A stretch of DNA of 64,000 bases from contig VMEU01000001.1 in the NCBI GenBank assembly GCA_007375675.1, positions 40,458 to 104,457 on the forward strand, in the 5' to 3' direction. Under the pieces are notes generated by a model, which was given only the letters and a program-made list of their open reading frames with translations, was not told the origin of the DNA and did not search any database. The translations under genes were made by a program, and so were the position numbers. Source of the DNA: Parcubacteria group bacterium Greene0416_39. Its GTDB lineage: Bacteria > Patescibacteriota > Minisyncoccia > Minisyncoccales > UBA10102. Shown in pieces: positions 38,801 through 48,194 of this stretch. Within the stretch, counting starts at the first letter, position 1; every line of letters starts with the position of its first letter.

Positions 38801-38994
38801 CCTCAAAAACAGGCAATCTCGTGTTTGCCAAAGTTCTTGAGGGCCCAGAAGAAGACTTAATCGTGATTTCAAGAAAAGGCCAGGTAATACGAACTCCTGT
38901 TACGTCTATTCCTAAGATAAGCCGCTCCACGCAAGGCGTGCGTTTCATGAGGCTTGATGAGGGAGACAAGGTTGTGTCGGCCGCTTGCATGTAA
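35893..38994 (+). CDS. gyrA: DNA gyrase subunit A with intein
   Basis: RALPDVRDGLKPVHRR, YHPHGD, AAMRYTE, GyrA box QKRGGKG. Confidence 0.96.
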   Translation: MIKENKPSAIGKVEPREIVQEMKTAYLDYAMSVIVARALPDVRDGLKPVHRRILYAMYEMGLTHGAKLRKSAGVVGEVLGKYHPHGDISVYDALVRMAQDFSMRYPLIDGQGNFGCFTKDTEIQLTDGRALSFGQLIEEQKKGERHWTFSFNQKEEKIEIAEIKRPRLTRENAELVEVVLDNGAQIRCTPDHRFMLQNGTYQEARYLSQGDFLMSMLEYTKNKTSAFEAEVLGVADSTGASELSSIPILANQAVLSSVSTEPWTARELHPSTSGRQLRSRDYPPPTAPLLYLRKVECIKVNNVRFLEEKTDVYDITVDPWHNFALAAGIFVHNSIDDDPAAAMRYTESRMSRAGEELLEDIEKNTVDFIDTYDGMRQEPKVLPSPLPQLLLNGTLGIAVGMATNIPPHNLAEVADAVAFLIENPKADTEDLFQFIKGPDFPTGGTIFNKQEMIAGYSQGKGPIVVRGKAEVVENDKKNQIIISEIPFQVTKSTLVEQFANLVQEKKIEGIRDIRDESDKDGMRIVFDLAREAQPQKILNRLYKFSDLQKTFHLNLLALVDGIQPKVLSLAEILLLFLEHRRNVVSRRTQWELDRAKERAHILEGLVKCLGSIDEVIKIIRRSDDRDDAKKNLMARFKLTEIQANAILDTKLSQLAKLERKKIEEELVALKATIKELTLILANPKEIDRIIAKELEVAKAAYGDQRRTKVVVQGLGEIAEEDLIPQEDTVITLTQGGYIKRINPATYKIQKRGGKGIVGMKTMGEDIVEHFLYGQTHDSLMVFTDSGKVFQIPVYEVAEGTRVSKGRGLLNFIDLTPQDKVLTLFAIGKEDIVAGKKYLAMITKDGIMKKTLLDDFKNVRRSGLIAVTLKKGDRLQGAQKTTGEDDIIIVTKHGKSIRFKESQVRAMGRQAAGIHAIRLKKGDEVMGMDIIPGLPSRLFILSENGYGKSTDVKEYRIQSRGGSGIKTANVTSKTGNLVFAKVLEGPEEDLIVISRKGQVIRTPVTSIPKISRSTQGVRFMRLDEGDKVVSAACM
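36552..36628 (-). ncRNA. Putative small RNA inside the GyrA intein (RNA2)
   Basis: TTGACA(36661-36656)-16nt-TAGTAT(36639-36634) with TG extension; ends in hairpin plus U tract (36588-36552). Confidence 0.5.
36672..36755 (-). ncRNA. Putative tRNA-like RNA inside the GyrA intein (RNA1)
   Basis: TTGATA(36788-36783)-18nt-TATAAT(36764-36759); four-way junction with T-arm ACGGG-TGCAATT-CCCGT and G3-U70/A73. Confidence 0.55.
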
Positions 38995-38995
38995 T

Positions 38996-41900
38996 ATGAT
39001 AAAGAAAATGAGAGCCCACTCGTTATCTCTTCTTCTTGCAGTAATTCTTCTTTTTGTTGCGGGCGGTTCTGTCTTATCAGCGCCGCGCACAGATATTCCC
39101 GCACCCTCCAGCCCTTCTCCTCAAAACAACGGAAGCGCAACAATCCCTGTAACCTTGCAATGGAGCAAGGTAACATTTCCTTTTGGCCTTGCTGGCGGGT
39201 ATCTTTTGGAGGTGGTAGGCGGAGGCGTGAATCGGTCAGGAGTAAACAGCATATGGACTTCAGCAAATTCCTCTGTTTTGCCAGAACAGCTTGTGTCTTT
39301 GGCAGGGCAAACATACCAATGGCGAGTGCGCGCGTGCCTTGGAGCTATGCTTCCTACATCTGGAACAGAAGACAGCGTATGCGGCAATTGGGGCAGCGGC
39401 ATCGCTGGATTCTGGACTTTTACTACCGCGCTTTCAAAACCCATTCTCCTTTTGCCAAAAAATAATGAACTTGCGTTTCTCCAGCCAATAGCTCCCAGTT
39501 CCACGGTTGATTCTGTAAAACTTGAATGGCAAAAAGTGCCGGGATTTATAGATAGTTATAAGATTATTCTTTCAAATTCCCAATTCGCTCAACCTTTTGA
39601 GTTCAAAACCCAGCGTACGGCATCAGGCACAGGATCATTAGAACCCGCAACATCTTTCTGGATTCCCAAACAACTCGTCTTTGTGCATAGTGAACCCTAT
39701 TCCTGGAGAGTTGTTCCCATTCAGGGGGTAACCACCGGGCCCTCGTCTGATACGTGGAAGTTCATGATTTCGTTAGGAGAGGCAGAACCAGTGAAGCCAA
39801 AACCAGATACGCAGGCACCATATCCTTTAGTTCTTGAGTGGTCAAAGGTTTCTGGAGCCAGTAGGTATGCGTTTCAGGTCACAGATTCTAAGGGGGAGAC
39901 AATTCCCGCAGACACTCCCCAGTTGTCTTTTCCCTTTCCCGCGGGCGCAAGGAATGATTTCTTTCGTATTGGAGAAAATTATACCTGGCAGGTGACTGCG
40001 TGCCAGACTCTTTCTCTGTGTGGCGTTCCTGGCGGGCCTTGGCGGTTTACGTTAGGGCTTGCCTCTCCCACACTGGAGAATCCAAAAGAAGGGTCTACCA
40101 TTTCAAGCTCTTCTCCCACATTCAAATGGAGTAGGCCTCCGGCGCCACCCGGGGATCTTCGTTACTCCCTGGAAGTGGAAGGACCAAAAACCATTTCAGT
40201 AAACAAGTCTAGCGGCACAACACCAGTTACCTTTAATGTTTCTTCACTTGTTCCTGGTTCTTATATCTGGCGAGTGCGCGCGTGTAAAACTGACGGAAGC
40301 GCGTGCAGCAACTGGAGCGCGGACGCAACATTCAAGGTCCCCACCCCTGTTACAGAAATCGCTGGTCCTACAACTCCTACTTCAGGCGCCCCACCAACTT
40401 CACAAGAACCTTTTTCCCCTCTTAATGCTCCCTCTCTTATTTCTCCTGCGAACAACGCAAACGATGCCACAACCGCTTTGCCCCTCACGCTTACGTGGAA
40501 CACGGTAGATTTTGAAGGGCTTAAAGGAGGTTATGCCGTTGAGCTGTTGAAAGCAGGGGATAATAAACCATTAAAGTCTGAGTGGGTCAAGAGTGACAAA
40601 CATTCTTTAGATAACCTTTCTACCCCTCTTTTGAAAATAGGAACAACCTATAGATGGAGAGTTCAGGCGTGCTTGGGTGATTCCGCGCCTACTATTCCTC
40701 TTATCTGTAGTAACTGGGGTAGCGGTTCAGGATTTTGGGACTTCACTCCTACCCTCGTTAAACCCGTTCTTCGTTTCCCTGCAGACAAAAGTAATACTTT
40801 CCTGGAGAAAGATTCTTCAGGAACGAAGTCTGTTCATCTGGAGTGGAACGTAGTTGCAGGGGCAGAAAGTTACGTCGTTTCTCTACGTAATCTTAGTGAA
40901 TCAAATGTGAAGGATTTTCCTGCTGGCACAAACGATGTTTGGATTAAACCCGAACTCCTCACGGTTAATAATCAATATACTTGGAAGGTCAAGGCTTTAT
41001 CTGGCACCAATAAAAGTCCTGATTCTGCAACTCGGAGGTTTACTGTTCTTAACGAGCTTCCTGCGTCTGAAATTACTGCCCCTACTGAAAATCAGCAAAT
41101 AACGGCTCCCGCATCGTTTACTTTCAAATGGAAGAGACCGTCAACTCTTTCCAATGATCCTCTGAAGTATAAATGGGCTATTTTGGAAGATTCAGGTTCC
41201 CCGAGTTTTTCTGGTGAGGTTCCAGCAACCGCAAGTTCCACAATGGAATTGCCTAACCAGCAATTGACGAAATTGGGCCAGTACACGTTTTATGTACAGG
41301 CGCTTGGTGCAGATGGCAGTGGAGCTGGTCAGTTAGGCAAGGTAACATTTTCCGTGGTTGAGCCAATCTCTGGTCAGCTTCTCATTTTCGACCCGGAGGC
41401 AGTTGATTACACAGTCCAAGGGGAAAGCCATACATTTACGCTAAAGGCGTTATCGAAAGTAGAAGCAAGAGCATTTCCACTAAGGGGGAATATAACCACG
41501 TTTATTCAAGGGGAATTCGTTCCTTTTCCCTCAAACGGCAAAAGAACCCCAGAGGGTTTTAGCTGCGTAAGCGGGTGTACATACAGTTTTAATAGGCAAG
41601 ACGAACAGCACTCTGTTGTTATTGATTTTATTCTTCCCGGACAGACAGGGGATGTTCTTGGGTTTGCATCAACCCAACACGGAGGTCGTGTAGACCTTTT
41701 GGGGCAAGGCAACATTCTCTCAGCTTCAATAAAGCGTTTGGGAGCGTCTTGCGATCTCACAGGCAAGTCGGATCGGTGTGCCTCAGGTCTTGAATGCAAA
41801 GCAGAAGGTGGGGGAGCAGCGATCTGTAAAGCCTCGGCGACTGCAACAGCTCCAACAGCGCCGGGGGTAACTGCTCCTTCTTCAACAATTTTTTCTGTTG

Positions 41901-42421
41901 CTGACAAAGCCCTGAACGTTGCTTTTACTGCCCTGCTCATTGCTGCTTCGCTATTCGTGTTGCTTGCGGCGTTTCAGTTTGTCACTGGAGGAGACAATCC
42001 AGAGATGATTGCTGAAGCCAGGGGTAAACTTGCATGGGCTGCAGTAGGAATTGGCGTTGCATTGGTTGCCAAAGGAGCGGCAAAGATTTTGCAGGAGATT
42101 CTTTTGCCGTCTGAAGGCGGAGGTGCTCCTAAAGACCTCTGTCCTGGAATAACAAAATCTGCTGACGCTATTCAGAATCCTCTAAAAACACTCTGTTTCA
42201 GCGGGATTCTTGACAGCATTCTTAATGTTATTTTTACACTTTCTTTAATTGTGGTTCCTTTTGTGGTAATATATGCTGGATTCCTTTATGTGACAGGCGG
42301 AAGCAATCCAGCGCAGATTACCAAGGCCCGTGATACCTTGATCTGGACAGCAATTGGCTTTGGAGTTATACTGATTGCAAAGGGTTTGCCGTTTATTCTA
42401 AAGGACATCCTTGGGATTTAA
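38996..42421 (+). CDS. Large surface protein: FN3/Ig-like repeats plus two C-terminal VirB2/TrbC-like pilin domains
   Basis: Repeated L.W...Y...Y.WRV.AC units; FQFVTGGDNPE..A+..L.WA..G and YVTGGSNP..+A+..L.W..IG. Confidence 0.75.
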   Translation: MIKKMRAHSLSLLLAVILLFVAGGSVLSAPRTDIPAPSSPSPQNNGSATIPVTLQWSKVTFPFGLAGGYLLEVVGGGVNRSGVNSIWTSANSSVLPEQLVSLAGQTYQWRVRACLGAMLPTSGTEDSVCGNWGSGIAGFWTFTTALSKPILLLPKNNELAFLQPIAPSSTVDSVKLEWQKVPGFIDSYKIILSNSQFAQPFEFKTQRTASGTGSLEPATSFWIPKQLVFVHSEPYSWRVVPIQGVTTGPSSDTWKFMISLGEAEPVKPKPDTQAPYPLVLEWSKVSGASRYAFQVTDSKGETIPADTPQLSFPFPAGARNDFFRIGENYTWQVTACQTLSLCGVPGGPWRFTLGLASPTLENPKEGSTISSSSPTFKWSRPPAPPGDLRYSLEVEGPKTISVNKSSGTTPVTFNVSSLVPGSYIWRVRACKTDGSACSNWSADATFKVPTPVTEIAGPTTPTSGAPPTSQEPFSPLNAPSLISPANNANDATTALPLTLTWNTVDFEGLKGGYAVELLKAGDNKPLKSEWVKSDKHSLDNLSTPLLKIGTTYRWRVQACLGDSAPTIPLICSNWGSGSGFWDFTPTLVKPVLRFPADKSNTFLEKDSSGTKSVHLEWNVVAGAESYVVSLRNLSESNVKDFPAGTNDVWIKPELLTVNNQYTWKVKALSGTNKSPDSATRRFTVLNELPASEITAPTENQQITAPASFTFKWKRPSTLSNDPLKYKWAILEDSGSPSFSGEVPATASSTMELPNQQLTKLGQYTFYVQALGADGSGAGQLGKVTFSVVEPISGQLLIFDPEAVDYTVQGESHTFTLKALSKVEARAFPLRGNITTFIQGEFVPFPSNGKRTPEGFSCVSGCTYSFNRQDEQHSVVIDFILPGQTGDVLGFASTQHGGRVDLLGQGNILSASIKRLGASCDLTGKSDRCASGLECKAEGGGAAICKASATATAPTAPGVTAPSSTIFSVADKALNVAFTALLIAASLFVLLAAFQFVTGGDNPEMIAEARGKLAWAAVGIGVALVAKGAAKILQEILLPSEGGGAPKDLCPGITKSADAIQNPLKTLCFSGILDSILNVIFTLSLIVVPFVVIYAGFLYVTGGSNPAQITKARDTLIWTAIGFGVILIAKGLPFILKDILGI

Positions 42422-42472
42422 AAAGCAAAGGTCGCAGTTTTTAAGAAAGAATTTTCTATATAACAAATCACC

Positions 42473-42820
42473 ATGAAAAAAAGCTTACTAATTGGACTTC
42501 TGGCTTCTGTAATGTTTCTGTCTTTTGCCAGCTTGGTATTCGCACTTCCGACCGACATCGAGACGCTTCCTGAGGTGACTAAAGCAACTCTCTTTGGGGA
42601 CACAGGGCTCATTAATAAAGCGGCAAATCTCATATTTACTGGATTGCTCATCGTTTCGACGTTCTTTATTTTGATAGCAGCGTTTCAGTTTGTCACTGGA
42701 GGAGGAAACGCAGAAGCTCTTGAAAAGGCGCGAGCCATGCTTATCTGGGCAGTAGTAGGAATTGCCGTTGCATTTCTTGCAAAGGGGTTGCCAACGATAA
42801 TCTTTGGCGTATTGAAATAA
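42473..42820 (+). CDS. VirB2/TrbC-like pilin
   Basis: Signal peptide then AFQFVTGGGNAE.LEKA+.ML.WA.VG. Confidence 0.8.
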   Translation: MKKSLLIGLLASVMFLSFASLVFALPTDIETLPEVTKATLFGDTGLINKAANLIFTGLLIVSTFFILIAAFQFVTGGGNAEALEKARAMLIWAVVGIAVAFLAKGLPTIIFGVLK

Positions 42821-42870
42821 TAATAGAAATGAGAATAGAATAGAGTGGAAAATCAAAAGATGATTTCCGG

Positions 42871-42909
42871 CCCGCCAGGTACAGGACTGTACCTGGCGGG
42901 TTTTGTTTC
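42871..42909 (+). terminator. Intrinsic terminator
   Basis: cccgccaggtacag-ga-ctgtacctggcggg then ttttgtttc. Confidence 0.85.
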
Positions 42910-42970
42910 TTGCCATTCATTGTACTTGAGCTCCAAATGAGGTAGACTTTTCTTGCGAGCCTCCGTGTTT

Positions 42971-43052
42971 GTCGGAGTGGCGGAACTGGAAGACGCGCTG
43001 GCCTTAGAAGCCAGTGGGGCAACCCGTGAGAGTTCGACTCTCTCCTTCGACA
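42971..43052 (+). tRNA. tRNA-Leu(TAG)
   Basis: CTGGC-CTTAGAA-GCCAG, long variable arm. Confidence 0.92.
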
Positions 43053-43054
43053 CA

Positions 43055-44269
43055 ATGAAAAACTTTTGCAAAGACTGCGGATATTCAAACTTCTATCATC
43101 TCACTACGTGGCTCCAAGATTTGACGAGCCGTTTCCTGTGGCTTCCAAAACTGCCAAAGAAAATTGAAGATTTTTTTGACGGTTTTCTCGCAACAGTTTT
43201 TACCGTTTTGAGGATAGCCAAATTCAGGGCTGATTTTACGGCACAAGACGTTCAATTGCGGTCTTTTTGTTTTTTGGAAGAGATGAAAAAACGAGGAGTA
43301 ACGTGTTATGCGTTGAAAACAATTTTTGGCTACACCAATCACTTCAAGATGCGTATTGGGGAAAAAGTGTTTCATTTTGAAATGCTGCCAACCGCAGGGT
43401 TCAAAAGCAAATATACAAATCGTGTTGTTGACGACAAACAGCTAACCAAAGAATTTTGCAAAGAAGGTAATTTCCCTATTAGCCAAGGCCAATCATTTTG
43501 GTTTTGGCAAAAACAAAAAGCAGTTCAGTTTGCCCATCAGATTGGCTTCCCCGTTGTTGTGAAACCCAGAGGTGGATCTGTAAGCCGGCACGTTACCACA
43601 AATATAGAAGGCGTTGAGCAGTTGGAGTGCGCAATACGGAAAGCAACAGCGTATTCGCCCGCATTCATTGTCGAAAAATTTATTCCAAACACCTTTGTGT
43701 ACAGGGCAACAGTTGTAGATTTTGATTTTGTAGTATGCGTACAGCAGCTTCCGGCAAATGTTGTGGGCAATGGTATCTTAACAGTACGCGAACTGATTGA
43801 TAAGAAAAATAACAGTCCCAACAGAGGCCCGCTTCGCTCTCGCGAAGGCGAGGCGAGCAAGCCCCATCAAAAAGAGCATACGCTCTATACGATAGTTGAA
43901 AACGCAGTGACCGAAACATTATTGAGCAAAAAGGGATATACTTTTTTCAGTGTGCCGAAAGAAAGTGAGGTGGTGTTTTTACAATACGATCCATTTCTTA
44001 AGTTAGGGGGCGATTTGGTTGAAGTGACAAACACAGTGCACCCCGACAACCTTACACTCGTAAAGCAAGCCGCCAGATACTTTGATATTAGGGTTGTGGG
44101 AATAGACTTTTTGGCGCAAGATATTTCCCGATCTTGGAAAGAGCAGCAATGCGCCATTCTTGAGTTAAACAGCGCTCCGTGCATTGAGTTGCACCATTTT
44201 CCGTCTGCGGGAGAACCCACAAATCCAGCCAAAGCATTGGCTGACATGTTTTTTAAATATTATACATGA
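43055..44269 (+). CDS. ATP-grasp ligase (cyanophycin synthetase/GshAB-like domain)
   Basis: DDKQLTK, FPVVVKP, PANVVGNG..T+.ELI, GIDF...DIS, ILELN..P....HHFP. Confidence 0.8.
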   Translation: MKNFCKDCGYSNFYHLTTWLQDLTSRFLWLPKLPKKIEDFFDGFLATVFTVLRIAKFRADFTAQDVQLRSFCFLEEMKKRGVTCYALKTIFGYTNHFKMRIGEKVFHFEMLPTAGFKSKYTNRVVDDKQLTKEFCKEGNFPISQGQSFWFWQKQKAVQFAHQIGFPVVVKPRGGSVSRHVTTNIEGVEQLECAIRKATAYSPAFIVEKFIPNTFVYRATVVDFDFVVCVQQLPANVVGNGILTVRELIDKKNNSPNRGPLRSREGEASKPHQKEHTLYTIVENAVTETLLSKKGYTFFSVPKESEVVFLQYDPFLKLGGDLVEVTNTVHPDNLTLVKQAARYFDIRVVGIDFLAQDISRSWKEQQCAILELNSAPCIELHHFPSAGEPTNPAKALADMFFKYYT

Positions 44270-44290
44270 AGAATGTAAAATTCTAACGGG

Positions 44291-44812
44291 ATGAATATCC
44301 TTTTATTGTTCCTTTATGGCTCCTTTAGTGTTTTTACGCTGCTTTTCCTTATTATAATGATAGAGTCTTTACTGCGAGGACACGACTTGCCAACAAATAG
44401 CAAGACAACTGAAAGTATTTGTAAAATTATATCAGAGTATAAACGTGAAGCCAGTAATTTTTACGATTTAGGGTGCGCCAGAGGCGCGCTCGCAATTCGC
44501 ATAAAAAGAAGGTTTCCCAACCTTTCTGTTTATGCGTTCGACAATAGCGGTATACGTATTGTATGTGCTAAGCTGAGAGCCCTATTGGTAAGGGCAGACA
44601 TACGCTTTGCGCAAGAAAACATTTTTGACGTGGATTTAGGCAACTCAGATATTGTCTACACGTATCTTTGGTATGACACAATGCCTTTGCTTGAGAAAAA
44701 ATTGCAAAAGGAGTTAAAAAAAGGCGCCCTGGTAATTGCGAACACCTCGCATTTTCCCAATTGGGAGCCCATAAAACAAATCGAAACTTTATTTATCTAC
44801 CGTAAAACTTAA
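44291..44812 (+). CDS. SAM-dependent methyltransferase
   Basis: FYDLGCARG, VYTYL, LEKKLQKELKKG. Confidence 0.82.
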   Translation: MNILLLFLYGSFSVFTLLFLIIMIESLLRGHDLPTNSKTTESICKIISEYKREASNFYDLGCARGALAIRIKRRFPNLSVYAFDNSGIRIVCAKLRALLVRADIRFAQENIFDVDLGNSDIVYTYLWYDTMPLLEKKLQKELKKGALVIANTSHFPNWEPIKQIETLFIYRKT

Positions 44813-44829
44813 AAAATTGCAGTTGAGTT

Positions 44830-45321
44830 TCAGCCTCTTATCTTAATTTTGCGTACCTTCTGGCGTTCCATTTTAGGAAGGCGCAAGGTGAAAATGCCGT
44901 CTTTGAGAGATGCCTCAATTCTGTTTATGTCAACTTCTTCAGGGAGAATGATCTGGCGGGAAAACGGCCCCCAGTAGCATTCCTGATAAAAGTAGTTTTT
45001 TTCTTCTTCTGGGTTGGGGTTGTTTCTTGTTCCTGAAATAGTCACCACGTCATTCTCCATGTTGATATCCAAATCGTCTGGGCCTACCCCCGCAACAGTA
45101 GACTGAATAACAATTTCTTGGTCTGTTTGGTACACGTCAACAGCGAGCTCTCCTTCTGGTTCAAACCATTCCTTTTCCTTTTTACTCATCTTCACCTCAA
45201 TCTTTTTGCCTTTCTTAGGCTGCTTCTCTTCTTTGTTTTCCGTTTCTTCTTCCTCTTGCTTTTCTTTAACCTCCTCAGCCTCAACTCCCATGCTGTTCTT
45301 TAGTTTGTTAAAAAATCCCAT
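44830..45321 (-). CDS. Hsp20 small heat shock protein
   Basis: LAVDVYQT, ECYWGPFSR.I.LP, GI.T+.LPK. Confidence 0.9.
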   Translation of the reverse strand: MGFFNKLKNSMGVEAEEVKEKQEEEETENKEEKQPKKGKKIEVKMSKKEKEWFEPEGELAVDVYQTDQEIVIQSTVAGVGPDDLDINMENDVVTISGTRNNPNPEEEKNYFYQECYWGPFSRQIILPEEVDINRIEASLKDGIFTLRLPKMERQKVRKIKIRG

Positions 45322-45325
45322 ACGT

Positions 45326-46048
45326 TTAGAGTTTGCAGACGCCTTTCATCTTTTTTACCTGTGAAATGATAAAGAAGAGAAAGATCGCTGTGCTACAAAT
45401 TATGATGAGGGGAATGCCAAAGTGCATCCATCCCCCTCCTTTTATTATAAACAAGTTGAAGAAACCATGCAAGAGCGTGCTCAAAGAAAGGCCTGCTGCA
45501 AGAGTGAAGAATGATGGTTTGCGCCTACGGCTGGAAAGTACGAGAAAATAGCCCAGCATTCCAGAAGCTAAGGTATGAAGAAATGTTGCCCCAATAAATC
45601 TGAAAGCGCTCAAGGCGGCAATATGAGAAGGAAGCGCAAAAGGGCCAAGGCCAGCTAATATTAAGACATTCTCAAGCGCGGCAAATCCCAGAGCAGAGAT
45701 TATCATGTATAGTATGAGGTCTAGCGGTTCGTCAAGCGCCGAGACCGAGTTTGAAAACACTTTCCATTTCACCACAAGGAATTTGAGCACCTCCTCTACC
45801 AAGGCAATGCCAAAGAATACATACAGAATGAAAAGGAGCTGGGGAGAGAGCAAAGAAAGCTTGAGCATGGGGCGCAGCGCGAGCTCAATGCCAATTGCAG
45901 GAATGGTAGCAGCCATGCCCCAGAAAAATACGCGAAGGATCATAGGGTTGGGTTCTGGGTGCACATCTTTTCTCAAGTAAAAGAGGAGCCACACGATGCT
46001 GGGCGCAAATCCAAAAAATATAAACAAAGGATAATTTATACTGGCCAT
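45326..46048 (-). CDS. PrsW family intramembrane protease
   Basis: EEVLK, LGFAALEN, H, LHGFFN. Confidence 0.88.
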   Translation of the reverse strand: MASINYPLFIFFGFAPSIVWLLFYLRKDVHPEPNPMILRVFFWGMAATIPAIGIELALRPMLKLSLLSPQLLFILYVFFGIALVEEVLKFLVVKWKVFSNSVSALDEPLDLILYMIISALGFAALENVLILAGLGPFALPSHIAALSAFRFIGATFLHTLASGMLGYFLVLSSRRRKPSFFTLAAGLSLSTLLHGFFNLFIIKGGGWMHFGIPLIIICSTAIFLFFIISQVKKMKGVCKL

Positions 46049-48171
46049 TTTTCAATCATGAGTGTTTCTTTCTTGTTTTTCAAAGGAAGCTGCTGATAGA
46101 TTTCTTCGGTTACAAAAGGAATAAAAGGATGAAGCATCTTTATTATATCTTTAAAGATTGATAAAAGCACGTACTGCCTTGCGGTTTTTCGTTTGGGGTT
46201 TTGGAGAATTGCTTTTGACTCCTCAAGGATTTTGTCTGCAAACGTGTGCCAGAGATAATGGTATAGGGTTTCTGCTGCATGAGAGAATCGAAACTTTTCA
46301 ATGTAGCTTGTGGTTTTCTTTGCCACGAGAGAGAATTCTTTTTGTATCTTTCGGTCTTGCGTGGTGAGGCGGGGGATCGTCTTTCGATCGTAGTCCTGGG
46401 CGTTAAGGAGCAGGAATCTCGCAACGTTCCATACTTTGTTCACAAAGTTTCTGTATCCCCTTATCTTTTCTTCTGAAAGAATAGTATCTTTGCCTGGCAT
46501 ATTCCCGATAGTTAAGGCCATGCGCAGTGCATCGGTACCATACTGTTCAGTAATGCCAAGAGGATCTACTACGTTGCCCTTGGACTTTGACATTTTCTGC
46601 CTGTCTTTATCGCGCACGAGGCCGTGAAGGTACACGGTTTCAAAAGGTACTTTTCCCGTACAGTAGAGTCCAAGCATGATCATGCGTGCCACCCAGAAGA
46701 ATAAAATATCCCAGCCCGTTTCCAGTACGGAGGTAGGGTAGAATGTTTTGAAATCTTTTCCGTTGGGAAAGCCCAAGGTAGCAAACGGCCACTGCCCAGA
46801 AGAAAACCACGTATCAAACACGTCAGGATCTTTTGTGAGGTTTGAAGAGTTGCATTTTGAACATTGCGTCGGTTCTTTGCCTTCGGTAGTAACCCAAGAA
46901 AAGCATTCATTGCATTGCCAGGCGGGTATTGCAATGCCCCACCAGTTTTGGCGGGATATGTTCCAGTCTCTGATGTTTTTCATCCAATGGGAGAATATCT
47001 TTTCTTGGTTTTTGGGGATGATGGCGATTTTTTTTCTTTTCACAGCTTCTGTTGCTGCTTTTGTCAAAGGTTCTACCCTCACAAACCACTGAGCCATGAG
47101 CATTGGTTCAATGACGCTGTTGCATTTGTAGCAGAGGGCAACGGTATGAGTATAATTTTGGTCTATCTTTTCCATGAGCCCTTTTATTTGCATGTCCTCT
47201 GCGACTTTCTGGCGTGCTTCAAGAACTTTCATTCCCGCATAAGGCCCAGCGACTTGGGTAAGTTTTCCATCTTGCGCTATAACCCGAATGGGCCCTGGAA
47301 TTTCTTGTTTGTGCCTCTGCCACGTTTCAAAATCATTAAAGTCGTGCGCCGGTGTTACTTTTACTGCTCCAGTCCCGAATTCAGGATCTACTGATTCATC
47401 TGCGATAACTTTGATTTTTTTCTTTCCGAGCACTGTCTCTACTTCAAGCTCTTTGCCAATATATTGCAGGTACCGTTTGTCTTTTGGGTGAACCGCAATT
47501 GCAGTATCTCCGAATTTTGTTTCAGGACGAACAGTAGCCAATGTGATTGGCCCATACTTCATATAGTAGAGAGGGTCTTTTCTTTCTTCGTGTTTGATTT
47601 CAAGCTCTGAAAATGCAGTTCTGTGTTTGGTGCAGTAATTGACCAATCGTTCTCCGCGGTAGATTAGTCCCTCATCGAACATTCTCTTGAACGTGCCGTA
47701 CACGGTTTTTACGATGGCGGGATCAAGCGTAAATGTATCGCGAGACCAGTCGCAAGAAGCGCCAAGTTTTTTAATCTGATTTCGCACCACTGCTCTGTTC
47801 TCCTGGGTATACCGCCATACTTCTTCGTAAAACTGTTGTCGAGTCATTTGAAACCGCGCCCTTCCTTCTTTTTCCAATTTCTTTTCGTATACCACTTGAG
47901 TCTCAAAGCCGGCATGGTCTTCCCCGGGGAGCCATAGCGTCTTTTCCCCTTTCATGCGGTGATATCGGATTATGATATCTTCCAATGCAATCATTACTGC
48001 GTTGCCAGCGTGGAGAGGATTGGATGCATTAGGAGGAGGCATTAAAATAGTAAAGGGTTTCTTGTGGTTCCTGGGGAGATTGTCTGGATTAAAAAATCCG
48101 CTCTTTTCCCACAAGGCATAGATTTTATCCTCCACCCGTTTGTGATCGTATGTCTTTGATAGTTCTTTCAT
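46036..48171 (-). CDS. valS: Valine-tRNA ligase (lacks C-terminal coiled coil)
   Basis: PPPN..HAGN, DWNISRQ, DTWFSS, KMSKS. Confidence 0.95.
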   Translation of the reverse strand: MKELSKTYDHKRVEDKIYALWEKSGFFNPDNLPRNHKKPFTILMPPPNASNPLHAGNAVMIALEDIIIRYHRMKGEKTLWLPGEDHAGFETQVVYEKKLEKEGRARFQMTRQQFYEEVWRYTQENRAVVRNQIKKLGASCDWSRDTFTLDPAIVKTVYGTFKRMFDEGLIYRGERLVNYCTKHRTAFSELEIKHEERKDPLYYMKYGPITLATVRPETKFGDTAIAVHPKDKRYLQYIGKELEVETVLGKKKIKVIADESVDPEFGTGAVKVTPAHDFNDFETWQRHKQEIPGPIRVIAQDGKLTQVAGPYAGMKVLEARQKVAEDMQIKGLMEKIDQNYTHTVALCYKCNSVIEPMLMAQWFVRVEPLTKAATEAVKRKKIAIIPKNQEKIFSHWMKNIRDWNISRQNWWGIAIPAWQCNECFSWVTTEGKEPTQCSKCNSSNLTKDPDVFDTWFSSGQWPFATLGFPNGKDFKTFYPTSVLETGWDILFFWVARMIMLGLYCTGKVPFETVYLHGLVRDKDRQKMSKSKGNVVDPLGITEQYGTDALRMALTIGNMPGKDTILSEEKIRGYRNFVNKVWNVARFLLLNAQDYDRKTIPRLTTQDRKIQKEFSLVAKKTTSYIEKFRFSHAAETLYHYLWHTFADKILEESKAILQNPKRKTARQYVLLSIFKDIIKMLHPFIPFVTEEIYQQLPLKNKKETLMIEKWPV

Positions 48172-48194
48172 CCTGGTATCATTCTAACATTCTC

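Noticed and set aside
38340-39314. 324-aa minus-strand ORF
   Set aside because: Antisense shadow of gyrA and the next gene, with no recognisable motifs
42953-43054. N-terminal extensions of ORFs through tRNAs (also 14889, 28783, 52940)
   Set aside because: Chance open frames across tRNA genes; better starts lie just after the tRNAs
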